Shown: positions 44,767 through 54,401, numbered from the stretch's first letter. The stretch: DNA of 64,000 nt from an uncultured virus (IMG/VR IMGVR_UViG_3300005663_000039) (IMGVR_UViG_3300005663_000039); one strand, 5' to 3'. Numbers and translations are program-made. Notes: generated from the letters alone by a model not told the origin.

Positions 44767-45693
44767 CTACGCTCCGCTACTTCCGTCGATCCCTCTCCAG
44801 TCAGTCGCACCCGCACTCAAACGAGCGAGGATACCAAACCAGGCGACCTGCTCCCGGCCGTCGAACCCGCCTACATCTTCAGGAGGATCGCGCCAGAAGA
44901 AACGCAACGGATACGACTTGGTCGTCTTCGGCACGAGCGTGAACCACGCATCGGCATCCGTCAGATACTGGGACCTCATCGGCATCAGACCCTGTCGGCT
45001 GACAACGTTCGCAGCTTCCAGAGACTCAATACCGTCCGCAGCAAGCGTGGTCGTCACGACTTGCGTCTGCAAGATCTCCAGGGCCTGGAACCAGCCGAAG
45101 ATCGAAACGAGACACCGAGAAGGCATCACGTTGATCTTCAGATCTCGGTCCGTCCGGAGATCCATGAACCGCTCCAACGACCCCTTCAGGGCAGTCGTCG
45201 AAAGGTCTACATCTGCAGCCGGCCTGTTGGTGAACACGAGTCCACCGACGCCCTGGTGAGCGACACCGATAAGAGATTCTCCGTCATACGACAGAATGGT
45301 CGTAAAGGCACCGTTCAGAACTGCATGAGCAGTAACCTCCTCGGCCTCTCTCATCGAACGGGCCAGATTCGCGGCACCCTGGCTATTCAGAGCACCGTAT
45401 ACATCGTCCCTCACAGCCTCACGGGTGATCTCGTAACCGAGACCAAACCCAGTGTGGATGTAACGAACTCTCGCGCGGAACTTCGGCCGATCCATAGCAA
45501 TCGACGCACCTTCGGGCCTCTTAACGGCGATGGGCATACCGGTCATTACCAGTTCATCCTCATACGCCTTACCAGACGTATTCACATCAAAGATGCCCGG
45601 GTAAATCGCTGGAAGCTCGTTGTAGTCATCAACGAAGACTTTACGAGCGCCAGGCCGCAAGAGGCTGTCAAACTGCTCTCGCACCACAGTCAT
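44767..45693 (-). CDS. Major capsid protein (Mu gpT-like, HK97 fold)
   Basis: KRPEGASI, YIH..FGLGYEITREAVRDD, YLTDADAWF, DWRGIDGSSGA. Confidence 0.9.
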   Translation of the reverse strand: MTVVREQFDSLLRPGARKVFVDDYNELPAIYPGIFDVNTSGKAYEDELVMTGMPIAVKRPEGASIAMDRPKFRARVRYIHTGFGLGYEITREAVRDDVYGALNSQGAANLARSMREAEEVTAHAVLNGAFTTILSYDGESLIGVAHQGVGGLVFTNRPAADVDLSTTALKGSLERFMDLRTDRDLKINVMPSRCLVSIFGWFQALEILQTQVVTTTLAADGIESLEAANVVSRQGLMPMRSQYLTDADAWFTLVPKTTKSYPLRFFWRDPPEDVGGFDGREQVAWFGILARLSAGATDWRGIDGSSGA

Positions 45694-45702
45694 AGTTCTC
45701 TC

Positions 45703-46146
45703 CTAGACCTGGAACTGCCGGTTCGCCGCCAAGATAGAGATCTCGTAGAAGCCGACGGGTCCTGCACCCTTCACGTAGATATCTTCGATGAGCAGCCGCG
45801 TAAAAGCTGTAGTCAGCGCACACGTACCGACACCGTTTCCATCCACATCAAGATCCCGAGGTTCTCCGACATCTCCGGCCACTGGATCCGTATCTGTTCC
45901 CTCAAGGAAGAACGTGCTGTCCGGATAAGCAACGAAGACCAACTTGAACCCCGGATCGGGGTCCAGATCGGTCAACACCGCACCCGAGGCTGCGAAGCCA
46001 AGGATCGTTGCCGGATCAGCGCCTGCCTCGACGATCTCACCGTTCGCATCCAACAGAACGGGAGCACCCTCGACGTAGGTCTCTCCAGTCTTGAGCGGAA
46101 ACCGACGAATCCTCCTTCCCTTGTTAGGGATTGCAGGAAGAGCCAT
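45703..46146 (-). CDS. Capsid decoration/minor capsid protein
   Basis: 147 aa between scaffold-region genes and capsid. Confidence 0.6.
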   Translation of the reverse strand: MALPAIPNKGRRIRRFPLKTGETYVEGAPVLLDANGEIVEAGADPATILGFAASGAVLTDLDPDPGFKLVFVAYPDSTFFLEGTDTDPVAGDVGEPRDLDVDGNGVGTCALTTAFTRLLIEDIYVKGAGPVGFYEISILAANRQFQV

Positions 46147-46169
46147 TATGTCTCCTGACGGTAAAGGTC

Positions 46170-46715
46170 CTAAGACTCCTTGTGAGTCTCAGGTACATCC
46201 ACTTCTCGTTCCACCACCTCAGTAAGGCTTCGGCCTCGAGGACGCGACTTGTACTCCTCACGCATCCCTGATTCGAGCTTCATATCCTCAACTGCGTGGT
46301 GAAACTCCTCCTCAACCCGAGACATCTCATCAGCAGAAGCTCGATCGAGGTCGTCCTGAATCTCCTGTCTGACGTCTGCAGCGATAGACATCATGATCAC
46401 GTCACCTACTCGCACAGGATCTTCAGGCTTTATCCCTGGCATCATCTCACCGACGTCGTCGCCAAGGTCCTTCACGTAGATCGTCCTATATCCGTCGATA
46501 TGTCGACTGGTCACGTTTGAAAGTTCAGGTTTGTGCTCCGGAGAGTAAACGAAGCGCACAGCCATATCTGGCCGTGTCTTGAGGTACATCTCTGCGATCA
46601 CCTCCAGACGACGAGAGACCCTCCCTCCACTCCTCACTCGAGTGACAGGAGCAGTTCTCTTCTCCTCTTTCTCCGGAGTCCTTCTCGTATCTCCATCAGA
46701 TGTTCTCGGCATCAT
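46170..46715 (-). CDS. Conserved head-module hypothetical protein
   Basis: VRFV...GY..VRVGDVIMM pattern; between scaffold and capsid. Confidence 0.65.
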   Translation of the reverse strand: MMPRTSDGDTRRTPEKEEKRTAPVTRVRSGGRVSRRLEVIAEMYLKTRPDMAVRFVYSPEHKPELSNVTSRHIDGYRTIYVKDLGDDVGEMMPGIKPEDPVRVGDVIMMSIAADVRQEIQDDLDRASADEMSRVEEEFHHAVEDMKLESGMREEYKSRPRGRSLTEVVEREVDVPETHKES

Positions 46716-46722
46716 TTCGTCC

Positions 46723-47508
46723 TCAAGTAGGGAGTACTAACGCAGGAGGGTCGTCACGGTACTTGATCCACTCTTTCGGATCGGTAACACCGTGAGCCTT
46801 CATGATCTCGGTCTCCAGAGCGCTCAGCTCCTCGTCCTTCCCCTCTTCTTCAGGAGGAGGCGGCTTGCTGGGAGGGATAGATCCACCCTTGGCTCTGGTC
46901 TCCCGAGCCTTCTCCGCGAGTAGTTCCTCACCCAGAACCATCGTATACGCTCCCATAATATTCGTCTTCGTCAGAGGAAGCTTGCCCTCCTTGAGAAGCT
47001 TACGAACTGCTTCCTCATGCTCATCGAAGCCTTCGACATCCTTAGAGACTATCGTGAAGACCGCCTCCCCAACCTGGCTGGACAACCCACCAACCGCTTC
47101 GATGTAGCCCTTGGACTGTAGATACCGCTCGATGGCCTTGCCAGAATCCTCGAGCATCAACTCTTCCAAGGACTTTTCGTCGTCAGGGTCCGGCTCAGCC
47201 GGGGGCTTCACGCTTACAGCACCCCTCAGCTCAGCTACCTGATCCTGCAACTTCTCTACCTGATCATTTCTCGAGCCCAGACTCGTGATCATGTGCTCGA
47301 GCAGGAACTTAATCTCAGCTTCAGGCTTGTCCCTCAGATCCTCTGGAAGTGCGTCCAGCGAAATCGTTACTGGCTCCTTCGGAGGATCTTTTCCCTCTTC
47401 TTCCTTAGGAGGGTCTTTAGGAGGGTCCTTAGGAGGATCTCCCCCTCCACCACCTCCGCCTTCTTCCTCCTGCAATGAATAAAACGGCCACTGTCTCAAC
47501 ATATCCAC
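46723..47508 (-). CDS. Capsid scaffolding protein
   Basis: Acidic Pro/Gly N-terminus, coiled coil, C-terminal LSALE...HGVTDPKEWIKY. Confidence 0.75.
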   Translation of the reverse strand: MDMLRQWPFYSLQEEEGGGGGGGDPPKDPPKDPPKEEEGKDPPKEPVTISLDALPEDLRDKPEAEIKFLLEHMITSLGSRNDQVEKLQDQVAELRGAVSVKPPAEPDPDDEKSLEELMLEDSGKAIERYLQSKGYIEAVGGLSSQVGEAVFTIVSKDVEGFDEHEEAVRKLLKEGKLPLTKTNIMGAYTMVLGEELLAEKARETRAKGGSIPPSKPPPPEEEGKDEELSALETEIMKAHGVTDPKEWIKYRDDPPALVLPT

Positions 47509-47530
47509 CTCTCATCGACGAGGGTTAAGG

Positions 47531-47992
47531 TTACTTCTCTCCACTCAACATCGCGGCCAGCTCAGGCTGCTCCTTCGTGAGTGCATCCTGCGCCTCCTTG
47601 ATTTTTCTATTCATATACTCCTCAAACGAGGTCTCATTAACTTCGCTGAGGCTCTCCACCAAAGAGTAGACCCGGGTCCAGTTCTCTAGTGCTCCCTGTC
47701 GACGGAGGAAGTCTTGGTGCGTCTCCGCTAAGCTCAGGTACTCCACTATCTCGACTCCTAAGAGCTTCAGCCTCTCGCAGTAGAGTGTCCAGCCTGCTGA
47801 GCTTTTCAAGGATCTCAGCACTCTCAGTTCCTCTGGCGAAAGATTCCAGTCCCCCCATGTCTTCGGCCCGAGGAAGTAGACGCTCAAGAACCGTAAGGCC
47901 TGCAAGCGCCTCTTCCGGATCGGAAATGTCAAACGTCTCCAGAACGTCACCAAGGAACTTTTGAGATCCTTTAACCATCGCTTGAACCACAC
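47531..47992 (-). CDS. Post-portal helical protein overlapping the portal 3' end
   Basis: GGAGG 9 nt upstream of GTG; LRSLKSSAGW...RRQGAL pattern typical of the small gene after podovirus portals. Confidence 0.65.
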   Translation of the reverse strand: MWFKRWLKDLKSSLVTFWRRLTFPIRKRRLQALRFLSVYFLGPKTWGDWNLSPEELRVLRSLKSSAGWTLYCERLKLLGVEIVEYLSLAETHQDFLRRQGALENWTRVYSLVESLSEVNETSFEEYMNRKIKEAQDALTKEQPELAAMLSGEK

Positions 47993-49730
47993 TGGGCAAT
48001 GCCTCCGGAGCTAGCCCCTGCGCGAGAGGTAGCATCTGTTGATATAGATTCACCAATAGGTTGAACATCGCAATCGAGTTCTCGCGCTTAACCTGTCGGT
48101 TCTGTAGTGATGTTGGGACCTGCACTCGAACAGCCAAGCCCAGCTCCACTACACGCATCGGAAGTCTAAACACGGCTTCCACAGTTCTACCTCGAGCCCC
48201 CATCCAGGCTATGCCCTTTCCGTTCACTCCGTGCTGAAAGTAGAGATCGATTCCTTGACTACCAACTTCATTCATCCCGTCCCGGATAGCACTGACAGTC
48301 AGATCGATCCTCTTAGCCTGCTCCTGGAGCAATGCCAGTTGCGCACTTGCAGTTGTTCGGGAGACTGGCTGAGCCGAGCCTGCTGTCACCTCATTCGTCC
48401 CGGCTAGACGATCTCCATAGTCTCGAAGCATCAACTCTTCATTGACCGTTGACGGATAGATCTCCGAGATCTTCATCTCGCGAATATCGTTATGCACGTC
48501 CAGCACTTCCAAAACCTTACCCGAGTAAAGTGGGTCTCCAGGCTGCAAGGCCTTTACTCCCCTTCGCTTCAAGAAGATCTTCAAGCTCGCCAGAGTGATA
48601 TTGTCCGATCTCTGATTGTACCGAGAGGAGATTGCCTCTTGGATCTGCTCCAGCATCTCACACAGACCCTGATCGTAGAACCTGTTCTCAGCAGGGAAGT
48701 ATCCCAACTTGATGAAAGGTCGCTTACCGTGCCAGTACGGATGAAACTGACGACCGACAATCTTCTGCAGTGCGTCGCTGTAGTAAACGACGATCTCGTT
48801 CATTTTAGGCGCTGCGCCGTTCTCTTTCGCTCTCAGATTGTAAGTCAACCAAATCTCATAGAAAGCATACTCAAGCCGCTCAGTCGGTTCAGTTGACTCA
48901 ATATCCTCCTGCACTTCCTTCCCTTCTGGAATGTCCGTCTCTTTCGCTAGGCCCTTAATAGCCTTCCAAGTCCCTTTTACAAAGCGGCCATTCCGTTCCT
49001 GGTCCTGAATGTCTGTCTCATTGAGACGAAGTCTCTTACCACACCAACGGGCCCTCTGGATGTCACTCTCTCCAAACCGAATAAGGAAGTCTTCCAGGGC
49101 CATGTTGTAAGTGATCGGCCCGTCGTGCTTCACCAAGTTCTTCGGGTATACGCTCTTACCATCAGAAGTGATGCGGAAGTGTTCCCTCTCGATAACCTCG
49201 TACCCGACCTCCAGAATCGAAGTGCCGAACTTAGCCGCCTCGATAATCCAAGGCACGGCAGTCTTGTTGATCTTCATGTCCCGATCAGATGCAAGGTCGA
49301 GGAAAGTCTCGATCTCGTCAACAAAGGGCTCCCACTCCTCTGCAAGGTCTTGCAACACCCAACGGGGTCGAGCAGTCAACGTCGCCTGAACCAGTTGCGC
49401 CACCAGCGTATTGACCGCCTCCTTCACAACAGGAAGAGTCAAGTTCGAGGCACCAAAGAACGGGAAGGTCTTAGGCCCCTCAGGCATGGGCACGTCATAC
49501 ACCAGTCTCCACCGAGCCAGCTTACGCTCGAATTCAGACCTCTCAGCCAGTGCCTGGTAGATCTCATCCCGAACGAAGGTCGTTATATCTTCCTCGATAG
49601 GGTCCCACATCGAGTCGGGGATCTTCGCCGCGATAGGAGTCTCCTGAATAGGAGCTTCCGATTCAGCCTCAGGTTCCTTAGTAAGAACCTTCAGCTGATC
49701 TACCGGCTGTGGTATGATAGGATCAGGCAT
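47637..49730 (-). CDS. Portal protein (P22/T7-like podovirus)
   Basis: 697 aa; PF.GASNL, KFGTSIL, FYDQGLCEML, RTTAS motifs. Confidence 0.9.
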   Translation of the reverse strand: MPDPIIPQPVDQLKVLTKEPEAESEAPIQETPIAAKIPDSMWDPIEEDITTFVRDEIYQALAERSEFERKLARWRLVYDVPMPEGPKTFPFFGASNLTLPVVKEAVNTLVAQLVQATLTARPRWVLQDLAEEWEPFVDEIETFLDLASDRDMKINKTAVPWIIEAAKFGTSILEVGYEVIEREHFRITSDGKSVYPKNLVKHDGPITYNMALEDFLIRFGESDIQRARWCGKRLRLNETDIQDQERNGRFVKGTWKAIKGLAKETDIPEGKEVQEDIESTEPTERLEYAFYEIWLTYNLRAKENGAAPKMNEIVVYYSDALQKIVGRQFHPYWHGKRPFIKLGYFPAENRFYDQGLCEMLEQIQEAISSRYNQRSDNITLASLKIFLKRRGVKALQPGDPLYSGKVLEVLDVHNDIREMKISEIYPSTVNEELMLRDYGDRLAGTNEVTAGSAQPVSRTTASAQLALLQEQAKRIDLTVSAIRDGMNEVGSQGIDLYFQHGVNGKGIAWMGARGRTVEAVFRLPMRVVELGLAVRVQVPTSLQNRQVKRENSIAMFNLLVNLYQQMLPLAQGLAPEALPSVVQAMVKGSQKFLGDVLETFDISDPEEALAGLTVLERLLPRAEDMGGLESFARGTESAEILEKLSRLDTLLREAEALRSRDSGVPELSGDAPRLPPSTGSTRELDPGLLFGGEPQRS

Positions 49731-49746
49731 TTAGGTTACCTTTAAC

Positions 49747-49959
49747 TCAGACCCAGTCCCGAACGTCGGCCACCGTGATCGCCCCGTCCTTGCCAGATCC
49801 CTCTCGTCCCTCCAGACGACTCGCAGTGAAGCCCAGCTCGGCAGCAACCTCACCTGCCCGCTCGCTTGCGAAGTCGACAGAGGCCGACTGGTCGTCATCG
49901 AGCAGCTGGCGATACTGAAGGTTCTTCTCGACGATGTTGTGATGAGTGATGTTTCCCAT
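49747..49959 (-). CDS. Small E3-binding (peripheral subunit-binding)-like domain protein
   Basis: ASERAGEVAAELGFTASRLEGREGSGKDGAITVADVRDWV. Confidence 0.7.
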   Translation of the reverse strand: MGNITHHNIVEKNLQYRQLLDDDQSASVDFASERAGEVAAELGFTASRLEGREGSGKDGAITVADVRDWV

Positions 49960-49973
49960 GATTCTTCCTCCTC

Positions 49974-50765
49974 TTAGTTACAGGCCGCCCACACAGTCCC
50001 TGGATCTGGATTACATGGAGTCCAGGGAGTACTGAAAAATTCCTGATGTAGCCAAGCTTCCATCTGTCCAACCCGAGAATCTGAAGCAGCAGTGTTATAA
50101 CCACTGATGAACGGCATGTTCCTGTCATCACCTGTAAGATTCCCGATAGGAAGATTAGCCTGTCCAATCTTCGGGGCGAACCAGAAGTCTGATCCTAGAT
50201 CAACACCAGAGAAGCTTGCCACCTGCTCTCTATTGACCCGAAGGACCGCTCCACCTGTTGGGACATCTAGTCGAGCCGTGATGATTGCCCGAGTGCCATC
50301 AACAAAGAGACCAGCAGCAGATGCTACATCCAGAGCTGGTAGCACTCCATTCTTCCCGACAATGAAGTGAAGTGAGCCATCAGGATAGACTACCAGGTAA
50401 AGACCAGTAGCAGGGTCAATCCCATCTGTGGTCCCGATGATGGCACATCCTGTATCTAAAACAGTAGTCTCAACTACAGCAAAGAAGGTAAGACTTGATA
50501 AGAGCATACCCCCAGGCGAGAAGCTTAGAGTATCCGCTAGACCATCTAACCGATCAAAGACGACCCCAGGCTCGTTATCATCCCACTGATTCAAGCCACC
50601 TATAGCCCCAAACCTAACAACGCCCTGGCTTGCGGTAGCATTAGTTCCACCACCCGGCTTGGAATCTATCCAGGGGTTTATCTGCTGACCATCAACGTGA
50701 GTACTTATCAGCGTTGCCGCGGCATACTCAAACTGATGGCCTGCGATGAGTGGTTTGTTGACCAT
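49974..50765 (-). CDS. LamG/concanavalin-A-like virion protein
   Basis: TFFAVV, AIIGT, IITARLD, KIGQ, YNTAASDSRVGQMEAWL pattern. Confidence 0.7.
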   Translation of the reverse strand: MVNKPLIAGHQFEYAAATLISTHVDGQQINPWIDSKPGGGTNATASQGVVRFGAIGGLNQWDDNEPGVVFDRLDGLADTLSFSPGGMLLSSLTFFAVVETTVLDTGCAIIGTTDGIDPATGLYLVVYPDGSLHFIVGKNGVLPALDVASAAGLFVDGTRAIITARLDVPTGGAVLRVNREQVASFSGVDLGSDFWFAPKIGQANLPIGNLTGDDRNMPFISGYNTAASDSRVGQMEAWLHQEFFSTPWTPCNPDPGTVWAACN

Positions 50766-50791
50766 AGTTGTTCAACCGATGAACGTCTGCG

Positions 50792-51067
50792 TTATTTCTT
50801 ACCCCGAAGCCGGAGCATTGCTTCTCGGATGGAGACCATCACAACTGTTGCTGTCGGAGCCGTCACGAACATAGCAGGATCGACCTCTGCGATTCCGAGA
50901 GCTTGTGCAGCCGCCGGAAGGCCGATTCCAGCCAGTGTCAACAGAGCCGGCTGTAGAGGCTTCACGGCCCTGCCAATCTTCCCGTCGAGAGACCCTGTGA
51001 GACTCTTCAGCCCACCGAGTAGAGCACTTCCACCTACAACACCAAGAATAGATAGAAAGTCCATCAT
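50792..51067 (-). CDS. Holin-like membrane protein
   Basis: 91 aa, 2-3 hydrophobic segments, basic C-terminus, dual Met start. Confidence 0.55.
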   Translation of the reverse strand: MMDFLSILGVVGGSALLGGLKSLTGSLDGKIGRAVKPLQPALLTLAGIGLPAAAQALGIAEVDPAMFVTAPTATVVMVSIREAMLRLRGKK

Positions 51068-51291
51068 CTTCCTCCTTTTTTACGTCTCGGGCCTGGAGGG
51101 ACTGTCGGTCCTACTCTCCTCGTCCCAGGTGGAGTCGTTGGGCCGACCTTCCTAGTTCCAGGAGGGGTAGTAGGTCCTACTTGTCTACTTCCCGGAGAGA
51201 CTGTTGGGCCAACTTGTCTAGTCCCTGGCGGAGTAGTAGGACCCGGCTTCCTTGAAGGGCCTTGTCTTCGTGCGCGTCTACGCTTAGGCAT
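51064..51291 (-). CDS. Basic protein with five 11-aa GPTxPPGTRxV repeats
   Basis: 33-nt repeats that differ mostly at synonymous positions; GGAG RBS. Confidence 0.75.
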   Translation of the reverse strand: MPKRRRARRQGPSRKPGPTTPPGTRQVGPTVSPGSRQVGPTTPPGTRKVGPTTPPGTRRVGPTVPPGPRRKKGGR

Positions 51292-51292
51292 A

Positions 51293-53014
51293 TTATCTCC
51301 CCATGTGTTGACGGTAACCTGTCGCGTTGAGCTGGCTTAGATACGCCATCTCGTCCCAGGCCTTCTCCTTCATGTCTGAGTCTCTAAAGAGAGGAATGAT
51401 ACCTATATTCTCCTCAATGTAATCTCTCTCAGTCTGAATCCCTTCCATGTGCTCTGCTTCACTCATCATCGCAGGCCAGTAGTCAAGCGACTGTGAGAAG
51501 CAGTCCACCCCGTCATCCCAACGAACGTTCGGGTGAAACTCGAACTGTTCAACTAGCTCAATCTGATTCTCATGAAGCCAAACGAGGTTTGTTCGGGTGA
51601 GAGGCTGAACTGCCTGTATGTGTTGATCCTTAGCCCACTGTGCTTTCGGTGAGCCTTCAGGCGGCCAGAGAATCATTGGAGGAACCGAGATCTCTTCCCT
51701 CTCCGCCTTCTCATGCACCCAGTTCTTGATCGCTCCTTGGAATCCTCGGTACTCGACAGAGATAAAGGACGGATTCCACTTTTTATCTAGATCGAACAGC
51801 AGTTGAATCGCCTCTTCTGCAGGGTAGTGACCTATGTGCGCCTCGAGAACTATGCGGAACGGAAGAGGGTAGCCTCTTAGAAGGACCAGAATCGCGTTCT
51901 GTGAGTTCCCAACCTTCTTCGCTTGGGCAGGATCGTAAAGAATGATCCGCTCACCTGCCCAAGGGGACATTCGGAGGAACATCTCCCCTTTATGGGCGCA
52001 GATGATATGATTACCGTCTGGAGACCAGCGCCAGTAACGGAGATCCTCCGAATCATACGTGTTGAGGCCCGTTCCCTTCGGACTATTCGCGTACTGAGCA
52101 TGATACCGCTGCGGGTCCCACTTCTTCATTCGCATCAGGAAGGCCATCGAGTTCTGCTCAGGGAAGATCGGCTTCCCGTTCTCAATATCCCGCCTCCAGA
52201 AGACTGCCATCTCGCCTATCTGTGTTGCGTGAGGCCCAAGCTCCTGTGTTTCGAAGCCATCTCCATACCGCTTCATCTGAACTTCGTAGAGATCGCCTTT
52301 CTGCTTCCGAGACCCCGTGAAATCTATCAAACCTTCAATCTCGGAGTTCAGAAGGGACTCTAGACCTCCTGCCCAGACGTTAAGGGCCTCCATCTCAACT
52401 GCAGAGCGGATACATTTCTCAGTTACGAGGTCATCTGGACGGATAACGTCGTAATGCCGAGACTCAACACCTCCACCGGCTCCAATCGCATCAACAGTAG
52501 GCTCTCGACGCACCTGAGTCCGAGGAACAATCATCTCTGTCTGCGACCAGGTGGCTTTTGTGAAGTTTTTGGGGATGATCTCAGAGTAGAGCCACCGAAA
52601 TAGCTCATTCATCTGGAAGTGTTGCTGGATCTCCCGCATAAACCGAGAGGCATTCGTCCCTGTATCCGCTACGATAAGGATAGTAATGTTGGGGTCGTTT
52701 AGAATATCCTTAATCGTCAGCGCAATCGTCCAGATTGTGGTCTTGTAGTGAGTCCGAGGCATGAGCTTGAGACGTCTGCGGGACTTCACAGTGTCCGCAA
52801 ACTCACACATAGGCATGTGAACATGAGGGACGAGCTTCGAGTACCCAAGGATGACCTTGCAGAGATAGTATAGATTATCTCGGCCCATCTTTCGCATACT
52901 CTCCCGAAGCTCTTTAGTCGGTTCGACTGGCTTGGAGGGGAGATTCTCAGGAAGGGTAGTTACATAAGGGTCCTCGTCAGACTCACCAATGTAATCAAGA
53001 GGAAGATCAGTCAT
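51293..53014 (-). CDS. terL: Terminase large subunit (segment B)
   Basis: LMPRTHYKTT (Walker A), SRHYDVIRPDDLV (Walker B), QYANSP, YDPA, DDGVDC. Confidence 0.92.
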   Translation of the reverse strand: MTDLPLDYIGESDEDPYVTTLPENLPSKPVEPTKELRESMRKMGRDNLYYLCKVILGYSKLVPHVHMPMCEFADTVKSRRRLKLMPRTHYKTTIWTIALTIKDILNDPNITILIVADTGTNASRFMREIQQHFQMNELFRWLYSEIIPKNFTKATWSQTEMIVPRTQVRREPTVDAIGAGGGVESRHYDVIRPDDLVTEKCIRSAVEMEALNVWAGGLESLLNSEIEGLIDFTGSRKQKGDLYEVQMKRYGDGFETQELGPHATQIGEMAVFWRRDIENGKPIFPEQNSMAFLMRMKKWDPQRYHAQYANSPKGTGLNTYDSEDLRYWRWSPDGNHIICAHKGEMFLRMSPWAGERIILYDPAQAKKVGNSQNAILVLLRGYPLPFRIVLEAHIGHYPAEEAIQLLFDLDKKWNPSFISVEYRGFQGAIKNWVHEKAEREEISVPPMILWPPEGSPKAQWAKDQHIQAVQPLTRTNLVWLHENQIELVEQFEFHPNVRWDDGVDCFSQSLDYWPAMMSEAEHMEGIQTERDYIEENIGIIPLFRDSDMKEKAWDEMAYLSQLNATGYRQHMGR

Positions 53015-53564
53015 CTGTCGCCCCTACAGGCTCGCCTACTTCCAAACCAACAGCAGGCGGCTCTTCGTCTGGTTCGAGCTCTTTCGGCTCTACCTCACGA
53101 TAGACACCTCTATACTCAACCAGCTCCTTCGTTGTCTCTTCCATTCGGTCAACAACTTCCTGAGGAAGCATCGGAGCAGCCTCTTCTGTCACGTCTCTTA
53201 TAGGCGTGTAGCCTGCCCTGTCGAGCAAGCCGAACGCAGCTGTCTGCCTGACTTTTTCATTCCGAGAAGTCCGAAGCTCCTCTACAATCTCATCCAACGC
53301 TTCGTTCGCGTAGAGTCTAATCCGAAGAGCTGTGTCAACCGTCCTGTCTGCGATGTTTTGAGCAAGTCTCTCAACGTCATACAAGGCCCTTGGGTCATTC
53401 AGGACCACAGATACGTGAGAAAGGGAGACATCGAGTTTCTCGGCTATCTCTCTATTCTTATCTCCTCCTAGATGCAGAGCGACCATTAACCTGTGCCTCG
53501 GACTCCACTTATCCGGGCTCCAGGCCTTATCGCCATCTAGCTGCGGAAGAAGATCAACACCCAT
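53007..53564 (-). CDS. terS: Terminase small subunit (N-terminal HTH)
   Basis: NREIAEKLDVSLSHVSVVLN HTH; VRQTAAFGLLDRAGY; upstream of TerL. Confidence 0.75.
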   Translation of the reverse strand: MGVDLLPQLDGDKAWSPDKWSPRHRLMVALHLGGDKNREIAEKLDVSLSHVSVVLNDPRALYDVERLAQNIADRTVDTALRIRLYANEALDEIVEELRTSRNEKVRQTAAFGLLDRAGYTPIRDVTEEAAPMLPQEVVDRMEETTKELVEYRGVYREVEPKELEPDEEPPAVGLEVGEPVGATDD

Positions 53565-53616
53565 GAAACGTCACCCTGTAAACTGGTCAGATACTGACTA
53601 AACAGTTCTCTCTCAT

Positions 53617-53645
53617 ACCATAACAGAAGTCACCTAAAATGTCAA
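53617..53645 (-). promoter_or_regulatory. Sigma70 promoter for terminase/late operon
   Basis: TTGACA-17 nt-TATGGT with TG extension. Confidence 0.7.
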
Positions 53646-53740
53646 GAGAGGAACCACAAGTCCCCTAATCAGTACCAAGCCAATCAGCGCTGAGCGGGTT
53701 ATGAGCAGCAGCGAGCGGAGCGAGTCCCCGCGTCCCGTCG

Positions 53741-53810
53741 GTCTGATAAATCTTGGTCTGATAAATCTTGTTCAGCCGTTGAACACCTGCTAATCAGCCG
53801 TTGAACACCT
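53741..53810. repeat. Short tandem/direct repeats in probable genome-end region
   Basis: GTCTGATAAATCTTG x2 (53741-53770); TCAGCCGTTGAACACCT x2 (53772-53788, 53794-53810). Confidence 0.9.
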
Positions 53811-54169
53811 CGATCAACCAGAGCGAGCATCAACTGAGGCAAGTGAGAAAAGTTGTAAATTGTTAGAGCGGTATTCTTGGGGGTGGCCTAGCCAATGGGG
53901 GGCTATGGGGTGCCCCCTCACCTTATCTGCAGCATACCATTCCCCTTAGTACGTCCTGACCGGCCCAGACCATACCATACTCCTTGGTGTGTTGCCTGGG
54001 ACGCGTGGGCAGTGGGTATGCCAAAGTGGCAGGCTGACATGTCCCTCCCTGTCATTCTGGCAGGTAAATGAGTGTCCCTCTTTGGTGACACCCCCGTCCT
54101 ATTTAAGGGACACCGCCTAACTTGTTGGGAGACAACGAGTTACAGGGTCACAGGTTAATATCGGCTGTT

Positions 54170-54198
54170 TTGAGTGTCCACTTTAGGGTACATATCTT
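54170..54198 (+). promoter_or_regulatory. Candidate early sigma70 promoter
   Basis: TTGAGT-17 nt-TATCTT, followed by a 12-bp perfect hairpin at 54220-54256. Confidence 0.55.
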
Positions 54199-54401
54199 AA
54201 TCGCAAGTTTCTAACATGAGCGCTGTAACTCGTTGCAGCCCATGGAGTTACAGCGCATCCCAAAAACGGGGCACGCAACCTGCCACATAGAAGGGTGTCA
54301 GTCCCAAACCAACGGGGCGGAAACCCCGGGGTCTGACAGTAGTAGACATCGTGTGTGGTTGCCCTGATTCGCACCCCTTTCCTTTCGATAGGAGTAGAAT
54401 T

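Noticed and set aside
51064..51291. 33-bp periodicity as a CRISPR array
   Set aside because: No constant repeat with unique spacers; variation is synonymous within an ORF
53741..53810. Short repeats as a mini-CRISPR
   Set aside because: Only two copies each, 15-17 bp, with 0-5 nt spacing
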